64,000 nucleotides of DNA from the IMG/VR virus record IMGVR_UViG_3300013121_000046. One strand, given 5' to 3'. This document shows, one piece after another, positions 26,754 through 36,719 of this stretch (positions are counted from its first letter, which is position 1; every line of letters begins with the position of its first letter). The stretch comes from a virus. Its lineage: Duplodnaviria; Caudoviricetes. Position numbers and translations under genes: made by a program. The notes beneath the pieces are model-generated. The model saw only the letters and a program-made list of their open reading frames with translations. It was not told the origin of the DNA and did not search any database.

Positions 26754-28407
26754 TAGAAGAACTTCCAGAAGGGGTTGTGAGTTTGGCTACATCATTCGGA
26801 TTCTGTGTTGTAATGTCTACAGTCCCACCAGGACCAGGGGAAACCTTAGCTCCTGGTCCCATTTCCTGTCTAATCTTTTGCGCCGACGGCGGAGTGACTG
26901 TAACATTAAGCTCAGGGGCAGTAGGATTAGTCTGCCCTGAAACACTGGCCAGAAGATTATACCTGTCAATGAATTTAGTGTTGAAACCATACTTACATAA
27001 TCGTCTGCCCAATTTACCCAGAAGCTTCGTGTCCAGAGAACAAATCCTCGAAGCCCTTCTGGATTGAATAGACACCTCTACCGAATCCGTAATACCCAAA
27101 GAAGAAACGATCTCTCTAACCGTACGATGGACCGTATTTTTCTCGCCACTAGGCAAATCTGGCTCATCTTTTCCCAAGGGTCCCAGGTAATCTTTTTCTG
27201 TGTCCACAGGTTGATTCAGTGCAAAATTTGCATAATCAGGACTTTTCTGTAGGGCTAAATGCCAAACTGCTTCCCAAGCTGGGGTAGAATCTTTATATAT
27301 GCCGGTCTCTTCGGCTATATCCTCCGGATTCTGTTCCTCCGCCTCCTCTTGCTCTCGGTAACTTCCTTTCTCCCCAGCTTGAAGTTTTTTAGAGGCTTGT
27401 CTTGGTGGTTGTAACCAAGCTTGTACGTTAGCCTGAAGTTGCTGTGGGTTTATTTCAACACCGAAAACTCCAGCAGCTACCAAGGCCTTAAATTCAACGT
27501 TACTTAGCCTGAAGGCTATCGCTAGTTTATTTGGTGACCAACCCGACCGAGTTTTAAGTAAGGTCGGAGAAGACGTTAATTTAATCAGACCTGAGATCAG
27601 CGGGGGTCTTTCATTAGCTACAGCCTTCCTTACTTCTACCTTTTTCAGCTTTTTATAGTATCGAGGATCTTCCGTAAGATGATCTCGCACAATATCCTCA
27701 GCAATTGCGAGATCATCTGTATGCTCCGTCTCTACAGATAAACCTTCCGCTACCTCCTCAGGATCAAAATCCCCCAAAGAAGTATCATCGCCTTTTCCTC
27801 CCGGAAGATCATCATACCAGGGAGTCTTGGTTTCACTCATAGCTTTCACCAAAGCCTTGGGTTTAGAATTAGCTTGACTCTTCCCTAAGTACCTTACACT
27901 GTCTTCCCTAAATAGATTTGCGGTAATTATCCTAAGCTCTCTTACAAAATCTTCTGGGGTTGGATATCGTTTCAGTATCTTAAGCTTACTTCGATCCAAC
28001 CAGACTGCTAAGTCATGCTCCTTTTCCTCAAGTCGAAACCTACCTCCAGTAATTACCCCCCGAAGCATGACACCATACTTACCATCCGGAGTCTTAAAAA
28101 AGACTCTTCTTCCCTGAATAATCTTAACCTCATAACCTGTTTCTTCCTGAACCTCCCTAATCCCGGCCTGTTCTAATGTTTCTCCGGGCTCCCTATGCCC
28201 CCCAGGAGTTTCCCACTGCCCAGTCTTATCATCAGCTTCTGATCTTCGGACAACTAGGATTCTCCCAGAAGAATCTTGTATGACTACTACAACAATCTGT
28301 ATGTCTTTATCCTTAAGTGGACGTACTACTTTTTTACCCTTTTCCCTTACCTCTACTCGATTCGGGTTTTTTATATGCTTTGCTAGGATTGTAGCTAGTC
28401 TAAACAT
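26725..28407 (-). CDS. Nudix hydrolase fused to DUF5661-like and further domains
   Basis: Intact Nudix box GGHREPGETLEQAGIREVQEETG; LPGGKGD..EGLSVETEHTDD..IVRDHLTEDPRYYKKL (DUF5661-like). Confidence 0.8.
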   Translation of the reverse strand: MFRLATILAKHIKNPNRVEVREKGKKVVRPLKDKDIQIVVVVIQDSSGRILVVRRSEADDKTGQWETPGGHREPGETLEQAGIREVQEETGYEVKIIQGRRVFFKTPDGKYGVMLRGVITGGRFRLEEKEHDLAVWLDRSKLKILKRYPTPEDFVRELRIITANLFREDSVRYLGKSQANSKPKALVKAMSETKTPWYDDLPGGKGDDTSLGDFDPEEVAEGLSVETEHTDDLAIAEDIVRDHLTEDPRYYKKLKKVEVRKAVANERPPLISGLIKLTSSPTLLKTRSGWSPNKLAIAFRLSNVEFKALVAAGVFGVEINPQQLQANVQAWLQPPRQASKKLQAGEKGSYREQEEAEEQNPEDIAEETGIYKDSTPAWEAVWHLALQKSPDYANFALNQPVDTEKDYLGPLGKDEPDLPSGEKNTVHRTVREIVSSLGITDSVEVSIQSRRASRICSLDTKLLGKLGRRLCKYGFNTKFIDRYNLLASVSGQTNPTAPELNVTVTPPSAQKIRQEMGPGAKVSPGPGGTVDITTQNPNDVAKLTTPSGSSSSGGYTKTSY

Positions 28408-28413
28408 TTTTAA

Positions 28414-31056
28414 TTATTTCCACCAATCCTGATCCTCATCGGACTCCTCATTCTGCTCGTAATCAAGTAAATCATCATTTTCTGGCGTCTCTTCTGCTAA
28501 GGGGGCCAGCAATCGAGACAACTCCCGCTGAGCTTCCGGAGACCTACTGGCTACCAGGGAGAATATTCTCTGAACCGTCCCAGGGGAAGCCTGTGTTAAG
28601 GCATAATATAGTTTAGTATAATCTACTCCCTCGGGAGCCAATCGCAATAACCTCCGCCAAAATTCAGGACCAACTTGGATATCTGGAATTTCTTGCTCAG
28701 CGGCGTCCGCCCAGAACATTACCTTCTGAGCCTGGTCCTTTGGGAGAGAACCAACATGGTGCATCGAGATGAGTTGAGTCACCCCCTTAGATAACTCCTG
28801 TACCAATACCGGGAAAGTCATAGCTTTGGCCACAACTTTCATTACTGGAGAATCTGAGTCTACAGTTTCTTGTTCCGTATCATAGTCAGTAGCATCTTCT
28901 GCCTCATCATCCTCCCACCACTCCTCCATATTACGTTCTTTTTTACTTTCAGGATATTCCATCTCCAATTTAACACTACCAGATTGACCCAAACCCCCAA
29001 CAGCTTCCGATCCTAACATCCAGTAGTAAGAATGTGCTACACTTGATAATTTTTGATAAAGAGCTACTAACTCTGGGTTCACAGTCTTAAGGGCATCCTG
29101 GGCCATATGACCAATATGAAGCATCTCATGGACGCCCGCTCCTTGAGATAGTTGATTCAGGTTTATCCGCTTAAATACCTCATCTTTCATATCTTTGGGC
29201 AATTGATTAAAGTTAGCTTCTCCCTGAGGTGCTAACCGTGTCACCGTATCGTTTGGATCTATTCGGTTCATCTGGTCGAAAGAAACAATCAATTCTCCCG
29301 ACAGGAGTGAGGGAGATATTCCCCAGGCTTCCGAAACTATACTTACTGCTAACTGTTCTAACTGTCTCTTGTGCTGAGCTTCAATTTGTAGTATTTTATG
29401 CACCAAAGTTTGCGGCAAAAGCGAACTGGCACCTCTCTGTTGATTTAATCTTTGCGTATACTCCCAAGATGCTCTTGAAAGCTGATCGCCATACTCCCGC
29501 ATTCCAGGATGCTGGCCATACACAGGATGCTGGCCATTATACCAATTGGCTGTATCGGGATGGACCTCATCATCATAGGCAGCTAGTCTCTTACCCCGTT
29601 TAGCCTGTCTGAAATAGCTAAACTTAGGGGGCCTATCCCCGTAAACATCATGTACAGTAAGTCGCTCCTCATTCAGTAGGGGAGTAACGGTTGCCCGAGG
29701 AGCCGGTTGGGGATGTTCCTTAGGGAACCTAGGCCGGAAAGGATCAGTTTTTGGTGGTGTCTGTGGTTTAGGTGGGGACTTTACCGGGGTCGGCTTTTCC
29801 CCTTCCGCCCGAGGAGCCGGTTGAGGATGTTCCTTAGGGAATCTAGGCCGGAAAGGATCAGTTTTTGGCGGCGTCTGGGGCTTAGGGGGAGCCTTTACTG
29901 GAACAGGTTTCTCAGCCCGGACCTTTCTTCTGGCTGTGATTCTCTGTACCATTTTATGGATAAGTTCAGCATCATCTGAAGACTTACCCAAAGTCTTCAG
30001 ATATTTCAACACATCATGCTTAGTTATTTTTTTAGGATGCTTGTCGGCGGCATACTCCTCAATACAACCCTCGACTAAATCCAAAATGGGCCCCTGCTCA
30101 GAATTTTCATCCGTCTTACTAGCCTTTTTACTTACCGAATCTTCGCCAGAAAAAATATCCTCAGCCCAGGACATATCCTCACTAGACTCTGGCACAGAAA
30201 AATCCGGAGTTTCATCTAAGTCTGGCCTTGATAGACCAAACCACTCCTCTCTAAGTTCCTGTATAGCTTGCTTCCAGGCTTGGACCGATTCGACATACTC
30301 TTGATCCGGTGTGTACCACCCATCAAAAACTGAGTTTAACTTGTTCTCCCACTGACTCAAGTCCGCATCAGTAAGCTCTGGATGGTCAACTCGATAATCC
30401 TCTAAGTATTCCTTAGCCGATATAGTCAAATGCTGCGGGGCCTTCATCGACTGTTGAGTATCCTCTTTAAGCTCATCTATTTTTTTCTTAGCCACTGGCA
30501 ATCGACTGAGAGTTGGCTTATTCAAAGGAATCTTATCCCCAGCCAACCGGGCTAAAAGTTTCCTTGCAGCTATCTGATCGCCACTTCTAGCCGTTTTTTC
30601 TAAGGCTTGAGCCAAGACCTGAAGGGTTACAGATGAACTCTGTTTGGCTAATTTCTTAGTTGTTTTAGCCAACGATGCAGTGGCTTGAATCGGGGTGTGC
30701 GTTTTCAGCAATTGATCTACCCGAGCCCGTAACCCTTTTGAAGCTTTCCTATAGCCGTAATCCGTTGATCCTTCCAGCATAGCTTGCCATTTCTTAACCA
30801 TCTTCCTAGCAACCACAAGCGCCTCCGCCTCAGAAGCTATAACATCCCCCGAACCAGCCTCAAAAACCTCGACCATCGCCGCTCCAATGGGTCGAGTAGC
30901 GAGTTTAGCGACTCGCAAAGTTTTATTGATTCGAGGCAGTACTTCCGGATTCAACGGGGTGATTATCGTTGAAAACTTCCCACCCTTCGAGATAAGTACC
31001 GAATTAAGAAGGCCCGAGGAAGCCAAAATTTCTGAGAGTTTTTTATCGAAACTCAT
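28414..31056 (-). CDS. large probable internal virion protein with Pro/Lys-rich duplicated linker
   Basis: 880 aa; basic/Ala-rich N-terminus; duplicated linker; C-terminal domain KRINLNQLSQGAG..YYW..AMTFPVLVQELSKG of a type I recall from large phages. Confidence 0.6.
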   Translation of the reverse strand: MSFDKKLSEILASSGLLNSVLISKGGKFSTIITPLNPEVLPRINKTLRVAKLATRPIGAAMVEVFEAGSGDVIASEAEALVVARKMVKKWQAMLEGSTDYGYRKASKGLRARVDQLLKTHTPIQATASLAKTTKKLAKQSSSVTLQVLAQALEKTARSGDQIAARKLLARLAGDKIPLNKPTLSRLPVAKKKIDELKEDTQQSMKAPQHLTISAKEYLEDYRVDHPELTDADLSQWENKLNSVFDGWYTPDQEYVESVQAWKQAIQELREEWFGLSRPDLDETPDFSVPESSEDMSWAEDIFSGEDSVSKKASKTDENSEQGPILDLVEGCIEEYAADKHPKKITKHDVLKYLKTLGKSSDDAELIHKMVQRITARRKVRAEKPVPVKAPPKPQTPPKTDPFRPRFPKEHPQPAPRAEGEKPTPVKSPPKPQTPPKTDPFRPRFPKEHPQPAPRATVTPLLNEERLTVHDVYGDRPPKFSYFRQAKRGKRLAAYDDEVHPDTANWYNGQHPVYGQHPGMREYGDQLSRASWEYTQRLNQQRGASSLLPQTLVHKILQIEAQHKRQLEQLAVSIVSEAWGISPSLLSGELIVSFDQMNRIDPNDTVTRLAPQGEANFNQLPKDMKDEVFKRINLNQLSQGAGVHEMLHIGHMAQDALKTVNPELVALYQKLSSVAHSYYWMLGSEAVGGLGQSGSVKLEMEYPESKKERNMEEWWEDDEAEDATDYDTEQETVDSDSPVMKVVAKAMTFPVLVQELSKGVTQLISMHHVGSLPKDQAQKVMFWADAAEQEIPDIQVGPEFWRRLLRLAPEGVDYTKLYYALTQASPGTVQRIFSLVASRSPEAQRELSRLLAPLAEETPENDDLLDYEQNEESDEDQDWWK
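29693..29920. repeat. 114-bp (38 aa) tandem duplication inside the CDS
   Basis: EKPxPVKxPPKPQTPPKTDPFRPRFPKEHPQPAPRA twice; on the + strand the copies begin at 29693 and 29807. Confidence 0.9.
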
Positions 31057-31124
31057 TAGCTAATCCTCGCTATAGAATTTAATCCCTACCCATTTCCACG
31101 GAGTAGCGATTAAAAAATGATAAT

Positions 31125-31163
31125 AAAAAAACCCAGGGAATGCGGTTAACTCCCCGGGTTTTT
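31125..31163 (-). terminator. rho-independent terminator after the adhesin gene
   Basis: Minus strand AAAAACCCGGGGA-gttaaccgcat-TCCCTGGGTTTTTTT. Confidence 0.65.
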
Positions 31164-31250
31164 ACTCAACCCCCCAGTTATAATTTATTTGGGTACTCTA
31201 CGAGCAGATCGAATGAATCCTAATAAAAACAAAGCTGAACGGTGACGGAC

Positions 31251-33848
31251 TTAAGCTTCTTCGGTTGGGCAGCTTAGGCGTCCCACTAGGGACTTCGCTA
31301 GGAATCGCTCGCAGGGTGGGACGTGAGTCGTTACTCGTCCGATTACCGGACGTGCTGGGGGTGGTGAAGGAGGCGGTGAAGGAGGCGGTGAAGGAGGTGG
31401 AGATGGAGGTGGAGATGGAGGCGGTGAAGGAGGTGGTGGCGGTGAAGGGGCTTCTTCTCCGGTTCCCTGAATCGTAAAATCGTATGGGTTTTCGTCCGAA
31501 TCGTCATTCTCTATAGATATCGTCGCTGATCGAAGGCCCGCTGCACTAGGGGTGAACGTGATCGTGAAATCAGAGGTATTTCCGGCTGATATGGTCCCTG
31601 AGGGGGCCACTGCTAACGTAAAATCTGCGGCATGGGCTCCTCCTATTGCTACTTTTGGAGTCCCCGACAGAGTTAGAATTTGGTTCCCCGTGTTGGCCAC
31701 GGTGAAAATCTGGTTCGACGGAACCCCTACCGTGACGGACCCGAAATCGGTCCCGTCTGTCACGGTAGGGGTTGTATCTCCATCAGAAATTGGGTTCCCG
31801 TCTCCCGACACTGAAATTTCCGGGGCGAGTAGGAGATAAGCTAATGCTCCGATAGTCCCTGCGTCGTGGGCTGCCCCGTCTAGTAGGACGTTTGTCGGTC
31901 TCCATCCTTCTCGGACCCAAGCATGGACGGCCTTAGTATAAGAGGCTGAGGATAAACTCAAGTCAGAATCAGTGATCGTCAACCCGTTGATGGCGGCTTG
32001 CCTGATCCTGAAGTAGGATGCTAGCTCCCAGTTTGTGCGAAAACTGCTGGCCACCCCGGGCTTGCCATTGGTCGCATGGCCTGAAACGCTCGTGTGAGCG
32101 GTCACACAACGGTAGTTGACCGACTGTCCTCCGTAAAAACCCGAGTCACTGGCCGAGACCATATCCCCCACTGCGTAGACCGTCGCGTCAGCCCAGGCGG
32201 AGGGGGAGTTTCCAAGGTATGCAGAGTCAAACGTCGCAAAGCAACGCGCCGGGTCATAGAACATCGGTCCTTCGGTCTGTTCATTTGACCCATCTGCGAG
32301 CGTCACGTCGTTTGCGGCGATTGCCTGGTTCGAGAGCCTGAAGCCCTGATAACCTCTCTTAGTCTGACCACCTGCCCCACTGCTGTTGTAGACCGTACCA
32401 TCGTTCAAGTTGTAGTTGGCGTTGTAATTTAGTCCGGACGGGGTTGCCACGTCCGTCACGGTCCCGGTTGCATCGTAGATCGTCCACCCGTCTTGACTGG
32501 GCCTAGATTTTGCCCAGACCAGGTTGGACCTACAATAGGAGATCATGTTCGCATGGCCGGCATACCCTGATCCGCTGTAAAATGCGGCATCGCCAGTCCC
32601 ACCGCCTGGCTGGCGACTGACCATAGTGTTGTGTTCGTACTCTAAGGTGACATTGGCGTTGCCGTGAGCGGTGTGATTACCGGTCATGTAGCCGGCAGAA
32701 TTCGGTAGGGCCAAACCCCTGATGTGCCGGATCGTTATTGCTACCGATGGTAGCAGGGCTTGAGAGAGGTCACTGTCAATGTTGTTCCCGGTGTTCTCGT
32801 ACACGAACCCGTCGTAGATAACACGGCCGCCTGAACCTGTTGTGTAACCAAAAACCCCCAGATAACCGGATTCTCCCCCGGTATCATTCACCAGGTAGTT
32901 GTCCAGGACGGTGCCGGTCGGCTCTCCTATATGTCCCGTCTGTAAAACCCTCTGTAGCCAGAGATTGTTCTGGCACGAGGTCATCACGTCGTTGCTCGTG
33001 ACCGTACTGTATAATGTGGCCCCGAAGACGTTGTTCTCACAGACAAAATTCTTCACTGTCGTCGCGAAGATGCACAGTCGTGTTTGTGAGGGGTGATAGA
33101 AAACGTTCCTCGTCAGGACTCGCTGACCGGTCGTCGCTGAAGCTGTCGTCAGCCACAGGTCATATTTGCTTGAATTAATCCCCGAGTCAAACAGACAGTT
33201 CGTGATCGAGAGGTTGTTCCCCGCGAGACAGTTCATACATTCGACCAGTCCACAACGGGTAAACGTGCAGTGGTCGAAGATACATTCAGTTGTCGCCCCG
33301 TTGGCGTTGATCTCTATAGCTTGGTTATCATAGTTAATAGTGGTTTTCCCTAGGTCGGAGAAGTCTGTGTATGCAGCGTTGATGTTACACCAAGCGGTGA
33401 CACCGTTGGCGTACCGACCGATCAGACCGTTTTGAGACCCTACAGCCTTCCGGAATGTCACACGAGACACGCCCGTGCCGTTGCAGATGATCTTCGATCC
33501 GGCTTGGCTGCTTCCGGAACTGAACCTAATTTTGTAGTAAGGTGTTCCAGCCGCCAGGGAAGAGTCGAACTCATAGGTGGAGCCGGCAGCCATTGTCAAA
33601 GTGCCGTTCTCCAGTCGAGTATCCCCCCGAACAGTGAGTACGACCCCCGAACTCACTGTCAGGTTTTTAGCACTTGCGATCTGAATCACGAGCGTGCCGG
33701 CAGCACCTGACGTTCCCACCGTGGTATTAGTATCCACGACAACGTTGTGATTGATCGTGACAGTATCACCGTTGCCTGGTACGACCCCACCGGTCCATGT
33801 ACTGGTACTCGACCAGTTGCCTGCTTGCGCTGTGGTGATCGCCGCCAT
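31251..33848 (-). CDS. tail-fibre/adhesin-like protein: beta-helix region, CBM5/12-like module, choice-of-anchor D (ASH/HYDIN-like Ig) domain, extensin-like SPPP tail
   Basis: N-terminal [26 protein letters not shown]; [23 protein letters not shown]; [40 protein letters not shown]; (SPPP)n. Confidence 0.75.
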   Translation of the reverse strand: MAAITTAQAGNWSSTSTWTGGVVPGNGDTVTINHNVVVDTNTTVGTSGAAGTLVIQIASAKNLTVSSGVVLTVRGDTRLENGTLTMAAGSTYEFDSSLAAGTPYYKIRFSSGSSQAGSKIICNGTGVSRVTFRKAVGSQNGLIGRYANGVTAWCNINAAYTDFSDLGKTTINYDNQAIEINANGATTECIFDHCTFTRCGLVECMNCLAGNNLSITNCLFDSGINSSKYDLWLTTASATTGQRVLTRNVFYHPSQTRLCIFATTVKNFVCENNVFGATLYSTVTSNDVMTSCQNNLWLQRVLQTGHIGEPTGTVLDNYLVNDTGGESGYLGVFGYTTGSGGRVIYDGFVYENTGNNIDSDLSQALLPSVAITIRHIRGLALPNSAGYMTGNHTAHGNANVTLEYEHNTMVSRQPGGGTGDAAFYSGSGYAGHANMISYCRSNLVWAKSRPSQDGWTIYDATGTVTDVATPSGLNYNANYNLNDGTVYNSSGAGGQTKRGYQGFRLSNQAIAANDVTLADGSNEQTEGPMFYDPARCFATFDSAYLGNSPSAWADATVYAVGDMVSASDSGFYGGQSVNYRCVTAHTSVSGHATNGKPGVASSFRTNWELASYFRIRQAAINGLTITDSDLSLSSASYTKAVHAWVREGWRPTNVLLDGAAHDAGTIGALAYLLLAPEISVSGDGNPISDGDTTPTVTDGTDFGSVTVGVPSNQIFTVANTGNQILTLSGTPKVAIGGAHAADFTLAVAPSGTISAGNTSDFTITFTPSAAGLRSATISIENDDSDENPYDFTIQGTGEEAPSPPPPPSPPPSPPPSPPPSPPPSPPPSPPPARPVIGRVTTHVPPCERFLAKSLVGRLSCPTEEA
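31357..31450. repeat. coding repeat for extensin-like (SPPP)n
   Basis: [31 protein letters not shown], with 12-bp period GAAGGAGGCGGT-like units. Confidence 0.9.
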
Positions 33849-33874
33849 CTCGCCCTGCTCTCGCTGGGATGAGT

Positions 33875-34354
33875 TTAGATTATCTTGACCTGAAGAGTCG
33901 TCGTCGCAGTGTCCTCACCCGCAGCGGGCTGAGTCACTACTGCTACCACATATCGGTGACCTTTGAGGTCCACTTCTTTCCAGGACGAGAATTGCCACCC
34001 GTTCCAAATCAGGTCTGCCTCAGCATCTCTAGTCAGGGATAAATCTGTTACGCCCTCTGGGTCTGGTAGTTTCGCCCCGTTCCCCTCTGTCTGACCCGGA
34101 GTCGGAGGTACATCGGTTCCTAAGAAGTAAAAACCCGGTTCCGTGTCAAAGGTGGCTTCCGGATCATATTTCAACCGAAACATTAGAGTCGTGCCCTGTC
34201 CCGCCGTGTCTAGGTAATTCGACCCCTCCCGATCCGGTGGGATCACTTCGTCCTCCTCTTCCACGGTCGCTAGGTCTTGCCAAGAGCTAAGGATCGAGAC
34301 CGGGACTGTTAGCCGGCTTTTGCTGTCACCCGACCTGTTCGTGATCTTGACCAT
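33875..34354 (-). CDS. hypothetical acidic beta-rich protein in the GC-rich cassette
   Basis: 159 aa with RBS; composition matches the adjacent adhesin gene. Confidence 0.6.
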   Translation of the reverse strand: MVKITNRSGDSKSRLTVPVSILSSWQDLATVEEEDEVIPPDREGSNYLDTAGQGTTLMFRLKYDPEATFDTEPGFYFLGTDVPPTPGQTEGNGAKLPDPEGVTDLSLTRDAEADLIWNGWQFSSWKEVDLKGHRYVVAVVTQPAAGEDTATTTLQVKII

Positions 34355-34471
34355 TTTTCACCCCTGGTCCTGTTGATGTTTAATGATTCGGAAGGGCCGG
34401 GTTTCCCCGGTGGGTTGGAATCCCCCACCTTCCGCTCTTTTCTTTTTTCCTAATGTTTCCGCCATGACAAA

Positions 34472-34505
34472 CTGGCCCCTGCACACACTACTGGGCAGGG
34501 GCCAG
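34472..34505 (-). terminator. GC-rich hairpin, probable terminator
   Basis: CTGGCCCCTGC...GCAGGGGCCAG 11-bp inverted repeat just downstream of the 34528..34905 CDS. Confidence 0.55.
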
Positions 34506-34527
34506 AGGGACACTAACAAACCTTTAC

Positions 34528-34905
34528 CTACCCATTCGGTAAACTACCACCCATGAGAGCCATAAAGTCAGAAGCAGATAACACTGTTGGTAATCTACCC
34601 ATTTTTTTAGTCAACTTTCTCCCAGAATACCGCTTAGCGAATCTAACCCCAGCAGATTCCCCGGATGAAGTTGGCCAATTCTCCCAAGACCTATTATTCA
34701 TTGGGTAAATTAGTGGCCCAGGCTCAGAAGTCTTGGGACTACTCTCCCCAATATCCGCCACAATCTCCTGCATCTGAGACATGGTTGATATCGTTCGACT
34801 ATACAAATCCCCATCCTGTGGTACATCCGCAATAACTAAAGCGTCTAGAAGGGCCTCCTGCACCCTGAATAACGCTTGCTCAGCCCTTTCAATAGGACTA
34901 CGCAT
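34528..34905 (-). CDS. hypothetical protein
   Basis: 125 aa ORF. Confidence 0.55.
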   Translation of the reverse strand: MRSPIERAEQALFRVQEALLDALVIADVPQDGDLYSRTISTMSQMQEIVADIGESSPKTSEPGPLIYPMNNRSWENWPTSSGESAGVRFAKRYSGRKLTKKMGRLPTVLSASDFMALMGGSLPNG

Positions 34906-34922
34906 GGAAGTATCTCTCTTTG

Positions 34923-35939
34923 TTAGTAAGCATAAACATACGTACTGCCAATCCGGGTCAATCTGCCCGACCGCAATTCCTCCGTGTTCACAACATGACT
35001 CAGCCCCGACTCTTGCCGCTGTTTGGGGGTCATTCCTTGATATGCTGGAAGGTTCTCGCTGAACACAATCCGAGTATTGTATCGCCCCTGATGCACCACT
35101 ACTACTTCTCGGCTATCCGTATCCCCCTCCTGAAACTCTTTAGGGACCTGAACAAAAAAAGTCCGCTGCTGTTTTTTCACGGGCTTAACCCGAGCCGGCC
35201 GCTTAAACTGGTCAGTCAAGCCTCGATAGATATCCTGGAGGCCCGGGTTTGCAGCCATAAACCGGGTAAAGGAAATTTTCAAGTGATTCAGCAAAACTCG
35301 GACTGAACCCCTCTCCCAGGGGACTCGACTCATCGGAGGGACTTCAGCAGCAACCAATTCTTCCGCCAACTCAGCTACCGAAACCCCAGAGAGCAAAAGG
35401 TCAAGGGCACTAGCCATAGCCCGGCCGTGAGCCTGAGACAGGAGGTATCGACGAAATTTTGGGGTAAAATCGGTATCAAACAACTTTTCGGATAGCGAAA
35501 CATCCGGTACATCCAAAGTATTGCTTTTTGCATACGACTCTGCCCCAGAACCATCCCCTGCATCCTGCTGTTGCAGCAGATACAGTTTCCGATCCTTCTT
35601 CGCCTGCATAGCTCGCAGACTTATCGCTCGCTGAATTACCCGATGGAAGAAGAACAGATCGAACGGTACCCCCCTCTGGGGGTCATACTGATCGAAAATG
35701 GACGTTTCGCCCAGAAACAAACGGACACACAAATCCTGAAGCAAATCTCCGGGAGGCAATGTAGTCTTCGAGCTTTTCAAATGATACCTGAGCCCCTTCC
35801 CCCAGTCAATATCCGGAGAAGAACAGAACGATAACAGGGACCTACCCCCCAAATAGGGCCGAGGCGCTTTCACCTGTGCAGATATCCACTCCCCAATGTC
35901 CTGAAATTGTTTTGCATCAATGGGCTGAAACTGCAACAT
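34923..35939 (-). CDS. sigma70-like factor (region 2) with atypical C-terminal HTH
   Basis: DLLQDLCVRLF..FDQYDPQRGVPFDLFFFHRVIQRAISL (region 2); GVSVAELAEEL..PWERGSVRVLL HTH. Confidence 0.6.
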   Translation of the reverse strand: MLQFQPIDAKQFQDIGEWISAQVKAPRPYLGGRSLLSFCSSPDIDWGKGLRYHLKSSKTTLPPGDLLQDLCVRLFLGETSIFDQYDPQRGVPFDLFFFHRVIQRAISLRAMQAKKDRKLYLLQQQDAGDGSGAESYAKSNTLDVPDVSLSEKLFDTDFTPKFRRYLLSQAHGRAMASALDLLLSGVSVAELAEELVAAEVPPMSRVPWERGSVRVLLNHLKISFTRFMAANPGLQDIYRGLTDQFKRPARVKPVKKQQRTFFVQVPKEFQEGDTDSREVVVVHQGRYNTRIVFSENLPAYQGMTPKQRQESGLSHVVNTEELRSGRLTRIGSTYVYAY

Positions 35940-35991
35940 CCGAATCTCCCTTACTCAGAACTAGCACTGTCCTATATGTGCCGCCCTAATA

Positions 35992-36020
35992 ATAATACCA
36001 TAATCGGTTTTTGCTGTCAA
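35992..36020 (-). promoter_or_regulatory. near-consensus sigma70 promoter upstream of the sigma-like gene
   Basis: Minus strand TTGACA-N17-TATTAT, with an extended -10 TG. Confidence 0.75.
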
Positions 36021-36088
36021 TATCCTTTTCTAAAACTATTCCGAAACCAAAAAACTCCAATAGCCTTCTGTATACCCTAAAAAACGCA

Positions 36089-36709
36089 TCATTCGGACAG
36101 AATTCCAGATATCAGGCACAATTGGGACCAATTTTCATAGCTTTCAATATCCCCCATATGGGTGGATATTGACGCAAATTCCGGCTCACACATCTCTACC
36201 TCCAAAGGGCAGACTTCGGGAGAATCCAATTCCACCAAATGCACAATTCCCAGATGTACCTTTCCAACCAGGGTCGAATCTTCATTGACCAGACCGACCA
36301 CCTTTACTCGATAGGGGACTTGAATTGACACTTCCTCGAATAGTTCTCTCTGTAGCCCGGCATAATAACTGGCTGCGGATGGGATTTCGCCATCCTTTCT
36401 TGATACGTGCCCTCCTATACCAAGACTTCTCTTGAAGTGCAAACGGGATTCTTGTCCCGCTACCCCCCTTCGATACCGGAATACAGTTGAATTTCCTGCG
36501 GTGTCTCGGGAAAACAAAATCAAATATGGTATGAGTTGTTTGAAATTGGGGTCTTGTTCTACCAATTCTCGACGCAAATAGGTTAACTCGGAGGTCTCCA
36601 GTAGAGCCGGAAAATATTTATCTACTTCAGAAGTGAACCCTTGAAAACTGCCCAGGGCAGTAAAAACCGAACTTGGGACAACTAAAACTTCCTCACTTAG
36701 ATCACCCAT
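36089..36709 (-). CDS. COG4112/YmaB-like Nudix-family phosphoesterase
   Basis: EQDPNFKQLIPY, ESRLHFKRSLGIGGHV, GLQRELFEEV, VGKVHLGIVH, YENWSQL. Confidence 0.85.
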   Translation of the reverse strand: MGDLSEEVLVVPSSVFTALGSFQGFTSEVDKYFPALLETSELTYLRRELVEQDPNFKQLIPYLILFSRDTAGNSTVFRYRRGVAGQESRLHFKRSLGIGGHVSRKDGEIPSAASYYAGLQRELFEEVSIQVPYRVKVVGLVNEDSTLVGKVHLGIVHLVELDSPEVCPLEVEMCEPEFASISTHMGDIESYENWSQLCLISGILSE

Positions 36710-36719
36710 GATTAACTCA

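Noticed and set aside
34389-34434. Functional tRNA gene
   Set aside because: No D-arm or anticodon arm, TTGGAAT instead of TTCGAAT, and no CCA. Kept only as a structured-element finding.
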